From: Tubiluchus corallicola
Taxonomy: Eukaryota > Animalia > Priapulida
Assembly: GCA_030141605.1 (NCBI GenBank)
Contig: JAQGDQ010000025.1
Coordinates: 664,907 to 728,906, forward strand
Direction: 5' to 3'
DNA: 64,000 nt
Part shown: positions 13,401 through 22,285 of the stretch, in pieces
Layout: every line of letters starts with the position of its first letter
How positions within the stretch are numbered: position 1 is the stretch's first letter
Translations under genes and position numbers: made by a program
The notes under the pieces: model-generated
The model's database searches: none
What the model was told of the DNA's origin: nothing
What the model saw: the letters and a program-made list of their open reading frames with translations, nothing else

Positions 13401-16400
13401 GCTTATTTATTGTGGTGTTCTCACAAATTTGTGGCACATGTTCAGTCACAACCCTTATTGTGATCACGGCAGAACGTTATATTGCAATAGTACATCCACT
13501 TTTCCTTTCAAAAATACAATCTTCACACATTGTTATTCTCATTACTATGACATGGATATGGGCAGCATTTTTTGGATTGATAATTTTGTATGGACAGCGC
13601 ATGACAAGTCGACTTGTTTATTGTTCTTTTTACAATGCGGTACATCCAAAATATTTCATTGCTCTTAACATATATGGTATCACAGCAATGTTGTTTGTTT
13701 TCACTGGCTATGCGAGAATTATGTTAATTGCAAATCGCCACCAAAGACAGATTAATCCAGTTTCACAACAGAGTTGTCAGCTACTGCAAAACGTCAAGTC
13801 TGCAAAGATAATGTTCGTTGTTGCTGGGACGTTTGCGATCTGCTGGATGCCGATTAATGTAACAGGCATGTTTTTCATGTATGCCACGGACAGAAAAGAA
13901 AACTTCTATGTGGAGCTTTTTTGCTATGCTATGGTCTTTATTAACTCAATGGTCAATCCATTGATATATGCTTGGAAACACAAACATTTTAAGCTAAGCT
14001 TTGCACACATGTTGACATGTAAATCAGGGGAGCCAAATTTCAAATCCATGGAAAGATTTTAGTTAATACTGCTATTGTATGTCACAGTGTTTGATTTACG
14101 CATATAATTGGACAAGCATTTACAATACGAACAGCTAAGGCAGACTTCATATTACACATGTTAAACTTTTGTGTAATTTTTAGAATACACTGCAAGCTGT
14201 TGTGCCTTTTTATTAATGACAAGCTTGGTATTAAATGTTAGCTATTGTTGTTGTTGCTGTTGCTGCTGTTGTTGTTGTCGTCGTTGTTACTGCTACTGTT
14301 GTTGCTGTTGCTATTGTTGTTGTTGAATAATACAGTGTGAATGATGTTGTTGTTGTTGTCGTCGTTGTCACTGCTACTGTTGTTGCTGTTGCTGTTGCTG
14401 TTGCTATTGTTGTTGTTGAATAAATACAGTTTGAATGAAGGTGGGTGCTGATACCATTACGTATTTGATTTTTTTATTTGCACGTGCATTGTGTGCTTCA
14501 GTGTATTAGCATGGTGCATGCCTTTGCAATGTAGACATTTTGGGTTGATATATTACAGATGATTACATTTTATTAACATCATAATCTCTGCATCATTAAT
14601 GTATCACTTATTAACTTTCATAAACTTCTGCAATTTTACTTGCTTCTAACTAATTTATTGCAAGTCAACTAACATGTAATAACTTGTAATGATACTTTAA
14701 TCATACATATTTAGTTGACTGACTTGATTTGAGCTGCCAAAAGTCCTGAATGCATGTGAGAAATTGCACTACATACATAAAATTGCTCCATGTATTCGAA
14801 TGTACCCATTTACAACACTTGTTATTGCACATGTCTTTGGGACATTGGGTTTATTGCATATGCTTTTGGTGGCCCTACATATGCAAGGAGACAGTTCACC
14901 CTCTGTAACAGCCTTTCCTCTTTTCGAAAAATATGCTTGTCACCTAGAAGAAGGGTCTTTTTACTCGGCTAATATTTCTGTACTCACCTCAAATTACTGT
15001 TTTATTAATAGGCAGTTACCAACGTTTAAAGTTACCAACGGTGACTGTTAATTTGGCAACTAACTGTTATTCATAAATAATTTCCATTTTAAATGAGTGC
15101 AGTTATGAAATTTTTGCTGTGGTACTGACCCTTACTAATGAAAAGTTTTTCCACACATTATTAATCAGCGGAGAGAGTTATCATAAGTTTTTGTAAGTTC
15201 ACAATTCTGTTCTGCACAACATATAAATAGCCAATGATTAATACATTTCTCAGATATTTTTCAGCTATCCGTAGGCAGTTTCTTGTACACATATTCTAGT
15301 AGACTTGTAAAACATGGTTTTTTTGTCTGTCAGCACAGCAGTTATTAGTGTATTTACAGACCAGCACTCTAAGGAATACTACATACAATTGCTGCCTTGT
15401 TTGTTTGTGTTATTACTATTAGCCTGTAAAATATTTTATACATTTTATAATAACTACTGCCAATACTTATTGCATCTGCTGGACTGCTAATGCATGTTTG
15501 CTAAAGCAAAGGCTTGCATAATCATTAGTGAATTACTTAGGCTATTGCAATTTGTGAGTGGTTAGTCGCTGTTGGGAATGATTGGCAAAAGAAGTATTGT
15601 AAATATAGGTCAGTTTATATCGAAAAGATATTCACTTTTTTTGTTATGACATTGGAAGCAAAACCCTTTTTCTTTGTAGTAATGTGCGTTTACGATAAGA
15701 TCTCTCAAAACAGTCACTCATAGGACATTGCTTAAATTTCTGCCTCTCAGTGTAGCTGTTAACTATACATTGGGTGTAATATATGTGTGTATTCTGCTAA
15801 AGAGGTTCTTGTTGCAAATGAAACAGTTGAAAGAGCTTATCATTTTTGAACTAAAATGAATAACGGCAGTAATCACAGTGTAACTAGCAACACCTTTGTA
15901 TTCGCAACTGCATTTTTCTGCACATTCTTTATAATTATTGGACTCATCATCATTGTTCTAAATATGCTTGTTGTCACTTCTATTCTCAAATATAAGAAGT
16001 TGCAAACAATGTCGAATTGGCTGGTGCTTAATTTGTCAGTGGGTGATGGATTATTTGGCAGCATGGCATTGATGCTTGTAGATGGTGTCTTGCACATGAA
16101 TGTTATTTCTGCAAATAAGTGCTTATTTATTATGGTGTTCTCACAAGTTTGTGGCACATGTTCAGTCACAACCCTTATCGTGATCACGGCAGAACGTTAT
16201 ATTGCAATAGTACACCCATTTTTTCTTCCAAAAATACAATCTTCACACATTGTTATTCTCATTACTATGACGTGGATATGGGCAGCATTTTTTGGATTGA
16301 TTACTTTGTATGGACAGCGCATGACAAGTCGACTTGTTTACTGTTCTATTTACAATATGATAACTCCAATGCATTTCATTGCTTTTAGCATATATGGTAT

Positions 16401-19400
16401 CACAACAATGTTGTTAATTTTCATTGGCTATGCAAGAATTATGTTAATTGCAAATCGCCATCAAAGACAGATTAATCCAGTTTCACAACAGAGTTCTCAG
16501 TTACTGCAAAACATCAAGTCTGCAAAGATAATGTTCGTTGTTGCTGGGACGTTTGCGATCTGCTGGATGCCGATTAATGTAACAGGCATGTTTTTCATGT
16601 ATGCCACGGACAGAAAAGAAAACTTCTATGTGGAGCTTTTTTGCTATGCTATGGTCTTTATTAACTCAATGGTCAATCCATTGATATATGCTTGGAAACA
16701 CAAACATTTTAAGCTAAGCTTTGCACACATGTTGACTTGTAAATCAGGGGAGCCAAATTTCGAATTCTTTTAAAGATCTTAGTTAATACATCTATTGTAT
16801 GTCACAATGTGTGTTAACTTTAAGTAAGCATTTACAATGCGAGCAGTTAAAGCAGACTTCATATTACACATGTTAAATTTTTCTGTAATTGTTAGAATAC
16901 ACTGCAAGCTGTTGTACCCTTTTATTAATGACAAGCTTGGTATTAAATGTTAACTGTTGTTGTTGTTGTGGTCATAGTTGTCGTTGTTGCTGCCACTGCT
17001 GTTGCTATTATTGTTGAATAAATGCAGTATGAATGATACTGTTGTTTTCGTTGTCGCTGCCACTGCCACTGCTGATGCTGCTGCTATTGCTGCTGTTTCT
17101 ATTGTTGTTGTTGAACAAATACAGTGAGAACGATGTTGTTGTTTTCGTTGTCCCTGCCACTGCCACTGCTGTTGCTGTTACTGCTGCTCCTGCTGCTGCT
17201 ATTGTTGTTGTTGAATAAATACAGTATGAATGAGTGCAATTGCTATACAATTTCGTATTTGATTTTGTTTACACAGTTTATTGTGTGTGTTGTGTGCTTC
17301 AGTGTATTACCATACATTTCCAGTGTAGACATTTTTAGCTTGATGTATTACAGATGATTATAATTTATTAACATCATAATCTGTGTATCATTAATGTATC
17401 GCTTATTAACTTTAACTTCTGCAATTTAACTTGCTTCTAACTAACTTACTGCAAGTCAATTAACATGTAATGATATTTTAATCACATTTATTTAGTTGAC
17501 TGATTAGATTAGAGCTGCCAAAAGTCCTGAATGCATGTGAGAAATTGCACTACATACATAAAATTGCTCCATGTATTCGAATGTACCCATTTACAGCATT
17601 TGTTATTGCATATGTCTTTGGGACTCTGGGTTTATTGCATATGCTTTTGGTGGCCCTACATATGCAAGGAGAAAGTTCACCCTCTGTAACAGTCTTTCCT
17701 CTTTTGGAACAATATACTTGTCATCTAGAAGAAGGGTCTTTTTACTTGGGTAATATTTCTGTACTCCACCTCAAATAGCAGTTTCACTGCTATGTACTAT
17801 ATTTCAGTTAGTTTTTAAAAGTTTAATTCTGCCAAAGTAATAGGTGACTGTTAGTTTGGCAGCTCACTCTTATTCACAAATAATTTCATATGAAGCAGCA
17901 TGTATTTCTGTCATCGAGTCAGTGCAAAAAACTAGACAATATTGTAGCTCCCTTTTGGAAAAGACCCAGATATTATGTTGACGATATTTATGAACCTTAT
18001 CAGCCACGAACTTCACCGGAATTTCCACATTTATAACCATTCGTCTTGAAATCATTGTTTGACAATTTGAGCGTGAAATGCCTCATTCGTGATAAATTAT
18101 CACAACTATTACTGATTCTTGAGGAATTTCAAATGTTCTGAACACAAAAAATAAAAACAACATGTAAGAAATACAGAATTGTTTTTCAGTATAGTACCTA
18201 TATCTGTATGTTATATAGCCAAATGATATTGATTAGTAAGCCATCTAATGGGACAGACTTTTGCTTTTAAAACTGCTATTTTGGAAAATAAGAACTTTTT
18301 ATGATGCAGAGCCAAGGAAAGTCAATGTCCAGTGTGGAAAGATGGCTAAGAACATGCACATACCTGTTAAACTTTATTTGCACATGTATCCTTAAATAAT
18401 TTATATACTTTAGTATGACCTACATCGGGTTCTGTGCAAATGTTCTTTGTCAGTACAATGTTGTCTTTTGCACATAAAGAAACATTTGTTTTTGGTGTTT
18501 GCAAAAGTGTGCCACTATTTTTGTTGTATTAATTTTTATAAGAGCAGTTTTTGGCAGCTCACTCTTATTCACAAATAATTTTGTGGTCTTTGATTTCAAA
18601 TGACTGCAGTTGTGAAATTTTTACTGTTATACTGACCCTTACTAATGAAAAGTTTTTCCTTACATAAGAAAATAGCAGAGAGAGTTAAAATAAGTTTTCG
18701 CAAGTTCACAACTGTTTTCTGCAAAAAAGATCAATGGCCCATGATTATTTCATTTCTCAGATATTTGGCAGCTATCTGTAGTGCAGTTTCTTGTATACAT
18801 ATTCTAGTAGACTAGTAAAACATGGCTTTTTTCGTCTGTCAACCTGCAGTTATTAGTGTATTTACAAAGCAACACACAAAGGAATACTACAATTGCTGTG
18901 TTGTTTATTTGTGTTATTGCTGGTAGCCTCTAGAATATTTTATAATGGATCATACACATTTTATAATAACTGCTGCCAATACTAATGTAGCTGGACTGCT
19001 AATGCATATTTGCTATGCATGTGGAATCATTAGTGAAGTACTTAGGCTATTGAAGTTTGTGAGTTGTTAGTGCATGTTGGGAATGAGAGGCATAAGAAGT
19101 ATTGGGAATATAAGTCAGTTTACATCGAAAAAATGTTCAGTTTTTTGTTACAACATTGGAAGAAAAACCTTTTTTGTTTGTGCGTTACGATAAGATCTCT
19201 CAAAACAGTCACTCAAAGGGCATTGCTTAATTTCTGCCTCTCAATGTAGCTGTTAGCTATACATTGGCTGTAATATACGTGTGTATTCTGCTAAAGAGGT
19301 TCTTGTTACAAATGAAACAGTTGAAAGAGCTTATCATTTTTGAACTGAAATGAATAACAGCACTAATCAGAGTGTAACTAGTGACACTTTTGTACTCGCA

Positions 19401-22285
19401 GCTGCATTTTTCAGCACATTCTTCATAATTATTGGACTCATCATCATTGTTCTAAATATGCTTGTTGTCACTGCTATTCTCAAATATAAAAAGTTGCAAA
19501 CAATGTCAAATTGGCTGGTGCTTAATTTGTCAGTGGGTGATGGATTGTTTGGCAGCATGGCACTGATGCTTGTAGATGGCGTTTTGCACATGAACGTAGT
19601 TTCTGAAAATAAGTGCTTATTTATTGTGGTGTTCTCACATATTTGTGGCACATGTTCAATCACAACCCTTATCGCAATCACAGCAGAACGTTATATTGCA
19701 ATAGTACATCCATTTTTCCTTTCAAAAATACAATCTTCACACATTGTTATTCTCATTACTATGACGTGGATATGGGCAGCATTTTTTGGATTGATTATTT
19801 TGTATGGACATCGCATGACAAGTCGACTTGTTTACTGTTCTTTTTACAATATGACACATCCAATGTTTTTCATTGCTTTTAACATACATGGTATTGCAGC
19901 AATGTTGTTAATTTTCATTGGCTATGCAAGAATTATGTTAATTGCAAATCGCCACCAAAGACAGATTAATCCAGTCTCACAACAGAGTTCTCAGTTACTA
20001 CAAAACATCAAGTCTGCAAAGATAATGTTCATTGTTGCTGGGACGTTTGCGATCTGCTGGATACCAATTAATGTAACAGGCATGTTTTTCATGTATGCCA
20101 CTGACCGAAAAGAAAACTTCTGCGTGGAGTTTTTTTGCTATGCTATGGTCTTTATTAACTCAATGGCCAATCCATTGATATATGCTTGGAAACATAAACA
20201 TTTTAAACTAAGCTTTGCACACATGCTGATGTGTAAGTCGGGGGAGCCAAATTTGAGATCCTTATAAATGTTATAGGTAATAACCATTTATGTTGCGAAC
20301 AGCTAAAACAAACTGTTCACATTATGCATGTTAAAATTCTGCGTAATTTGCAGAAAAAAGTATGGGCTGTTGTACACTTTTATTAATGGTAACGTTGGTG
20401 TTAAATGTTGGAACTGTTATTTATCATTTTTTGATACCATGCTTATAAGTAAGTCTTTTTTTACAAAATTAGTCTTAATGTAAAACTGACAGTAGAGTTA
20501 GGATTTCTTGTTTTTGTTTTTTTATTCTTAGAATGTCTATTAGGTGCCAGTAAACCTCCTACTCTCACTACAGGTGAATGTACCATAGATGTTGTTTACT
20601 AGTTCTTAATCGATGCATCTCTTGATTACAGGATTAAGACGAAGCATCTCTAAATCTGTAACATTAAGTTTGAACTCGTCATGCCTCTTTGAAAATGCAG
20701 CACAAAATAGACTTCATTATATAAACTTGCTAAACTATCCAAATCACCTACGGTTGACTCAGACAAGGTTTTTATCAAAATGTTTTACTCCTGCTCAAAG
20801 GTGAGTTACTTTTGTTATATTGCATCTTTCACAGCTTTCACTTGCGTAAAGCTAGGACTCCATCTACCTGTAATGCGTGTTGGTTGATGGCATAGTGTAT
20901 ATGTATTTAAACACGTGGAAAAGAAGCATTAAGATGCATACATAATGTGTGCTGCATGATTTATATGCAATTGTTTATTAATGCATTCTCATATTACCAC
21001 ATTTGAACCAGTCAGTACGCATCACGCATTAGAGATCACGAATCACTTATGCATTACATGGAATCCTACCTTAACATCACACTGTAGACACTCGGCACAC
21101 AGCAAGGTGCTATGCAGCAGTTGGACACACAGCTTACTAAAGTCGGTTTTTTTTGCGGAAAGATGGGAAGATAACTTATTGTTAAGGATATTCCTTTTTG
21201 GTAAGGCATTGTTGTTTGTGCAACGCCACACGTCAGAGGATAGTTTTCAATAGTGAGATAATTTCTTGTCCTACCACAACCATGAATATTAGTAGACTGC
21301 TGGACAGTAAAGTGCATGTAGAAAGGGAAAAGATTGACTGTTAAATTTTTTTTTTGAAAGAGTTTACAGCTTTTTACTTGATCTTCAAGATCACGTTGAT
21401 CATGCTGAAAGCTGAGCTTGTCAGTAAATTCAGGGCTTGCAATAACATACATATGCATGTATCTGCATGCGTATCATAAGGCTGACCTTAGGTTTTGTGT
21501 AGTACACAGCTGATAAATGAATTCAACATGCAACTTTCTTTCTTCTACGAAGTGCTTTATGACGTGTGCAGACATAGAGAGTTCTCTCGCAACTTCTTTC
21601 TGAGAGTAAAGTTGCAACGTGTGAACGGCTTAGCAACTTCTCTTGCAACTTGGTGCAACATGTGAACAGTTTAGCAACTTCTCTTGCAACTTGTTGCAAT
21701 GTGTGAACAGCTTGGCAACCTCTCTCTGAGAGAAGTTGTGCAACAAGTTGTGAGAGAAGTCTCTATGTCTGAACGGGCTATTAGAAAAAGATTCTGAGAA
21801 AAGGGAAACGCAACTGCTTTATTTTTCCGCAATAAACACCCCAATGGAACTTCCAGTCGAAATATGCCATTTTAAAAGTTCTTGGGACGCTTTTTTAGCA
21901 CCCCTGCATTTAATTACAAGTGCTTTGTTTATTTTTCAGCAATCTTTTAGTTCAGAAAACTGGACCACTTTTGCAGCCACAAAGACAAATTGTCAAATCA
22001 TCAAGAAATAGAGGCAAAATGAAAACGAAACACTCAGTCGTTAATCGATTTTACCGTTTGCAGTCAGGTAACTGGATTCGTACCTACGTTGGCCGCCACA
22101 AGAAGTTGTGGAAGCGGCGAAACAAGTGGCGATGGCGAATGAAGCAGCACGTATTTCTGTCATCGAGTCAGTGCAAAAAACTAGACAAGATGGTAGCTCC
22201 CTTTTGGAAAAGACCTAGATATTATGTTGACGATATTTATGAACCGTATCAGCCACGAACTTCACCGGAATTTCCACATTTATAG
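10473..22285 (+). CDS. MRPL35: Mitochondrial ribosomal protein L35 (bL35m), 3 exons, about 183 aa
   Basis: Exon 3 (21940-22285) encodes GKMKTKHSVVNRFYRLQSGNWIR..GRHKKLWKR..LDKMVAPFWKRPRYYVDDIYEPY, the bL35m signature. Exon 2 (20632-20800) and exon 1 (10473-10509, MSAACFVRGVIS) join in phases 1 and 2 with no stop. Exon 1 is the least certain assignment. Confidence 0.9.
11185..11435. repeat. Degenerate AT-rich minisatellite (about 35-40 bp, TTTTGAAATACATTGTAG(G/A)AAAATGAAAT)
   Basis: About 6 imperfect copies. Confidence 0.6.
11990..12100 (-). mobile_element. CR1-like ORF2 3' end remnant
   Basis: KYFFNHRVLWNGLPQ / EAITVNQFK remnant on minus. Confidence 0.5.
13136..14062 (+). CDS. Class A (rhodopsin-like) GPCR, copy 1, intronless ORF, orphan (adenosine/MECA-like)
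   Basis: 7 hydrophobic segments, N-glycosylation sequons, LSVGD (TM2), C3.25, ERY, W4.50, ECL2 Cys, CWMP, NSMVNPLIY, helix 8 and a C-terminal Cys. Ser at 3.32, so not a canonical aminergic receptor. Confidence 0.95.
   Translation: MNNGSNQSVTSNTFVLATAFFSTFFIIIGLIIIVLNMLVVTAILKYKKLQTMSNWLLLNLSVGDGLLGSMALMLVDGVLHMNVISANKCLFIVVFSQICGTCSVTTLIVITAERYIAIVHPLFLSKIQSSHIVILITMTWIWAAFFGLIILYGQRMTSRLVYCSFYNAVHPKYFIALNIYGITAMLFVFTGYARIMLIANRHQRQINPVSQQSCQLLQNVKSAKIMFVVAGTFAICWMPINVTGMFFMYATDRKENFYVELFCYAMVFINSMVNPLIYAWKHKHFKLSFAHMLTCKSGEPNFKSMERF
14240..14440. repeat. (GTT/GCT)n compound repeat downstream of GPCR copy 1
   Basis: Seen directly; two higher-order units. Confidence 0.9.
15856..16773 (+). 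CDS. Class A GPCR, copy 2 (tandem paralogue)
   Basis: Intact 305-aa ORF, closely similar to copy 1, all class A motifs intact. Confidence 0.95.
   Translation: MNNGSNHSVTSNTFVFATAFFCTFFIIIGLIIIVLNMLVVTSILKYKKLQTMSNWLVLNLSVGDGLFGSMALMLVDGVLHMNVISANKCLFIMVFSQVCGTCSVTTLIVITAERYIAIVHPFFLPKIQSSHIVILITMTWIWAAFFGLITLYGQRMTSRLVYCSIYNMITPMHFIAFSIYGITTMLLIFIGYARIMLIANRHQRQINPVSQQSSQLLQNIKSAKIMFVVAGTFAICWMPINVTGMFFMYATDRKENFYVELFCYAMVFINSMVNPLIYAWKHKHFKLSFAHMLTCKSGEPNFEFF
16950..17232. repeat. (GTT/GCT)n compound repeat downstream of GPCR copy 2
   Basis: Seen directly; three higher-order units. Confidence 0.9.
17890..18552 (+). pseudogene. Duplicated fragment of MRPL35 last exon plus 3' UTR
   Basis: Near-identical to 22139-22782 (ATGAAGCAGCA...AGAGCAGTTTTT). 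Flanked by a 32-bp direct repeat at 17855-17886 and 18550-18581. Confidence 0.9.
19350..20267 (+). CDS. Class A GPCR, copy 3 (tandem paralogue)
   Basis: Intact 305-aa ORF with ERY, CWIP and NSMANPLIY. Confidence 0.95.
   Translation: MNNSTNQSVTSDTFVLAAAFFSTFFIIIGLIIIVLNMLVVTAILKYKKLQTMSNWLVLNLSVGDGLFGSMALMLVDGVLHMNVVSENKCLFIVVFSHICGTCSITTLIAITAERYIAIVHPFFLSKIQSSHIVILITMTWIWAAFFGLIILYGHRMTSRLVYCSFYNMTHPMFFIAFNIHGIAAMLLIFIGYARIMLIANRHQRQINPVSQQSSQLLQNIKSAKIMFIVAGTFAICWIPINVTGMFFMYATDRKENFCVEFFCYAMVFINSMANPLIYAWKHKHFKLSFAHMLMCKSGEPNLRSL
21561..21778. mobile_element. Palindromic Harbinger-like MITE with internal about 40-bp tandem units
   Basis: TIRs CAGACATAGAGAGTTCTCTCGCAACTT / AAGTTGTGAGAGAAGTCTCTATGTCTG; internal repeats of GCAACTTCTCTTGCAACTTG..GTGTGAAC. 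Confidence 0.75.

Noticed and set aside
17008-17357. Poly-Leu / Ala-Thr ORFs
   Set aside because: Trinucleotide repeat translations.
14764-17778. Paired hydrophobic ORFs MHYIHKIAPC... at 14764 and 17545
   Set aside because: TTG starts, different stops, and frameshifted in the third homologous segment (about 12120); similarity is explained by the tandem duplication.
13153-19882. Antisense (104 aa) and alternate-frame (89 aa) ORFs repeated in all three GPCRs
   Set aside because: Shadows of the GPCR codon usage, repeated only because the genes are recent duplicates; no recognisable motifs.
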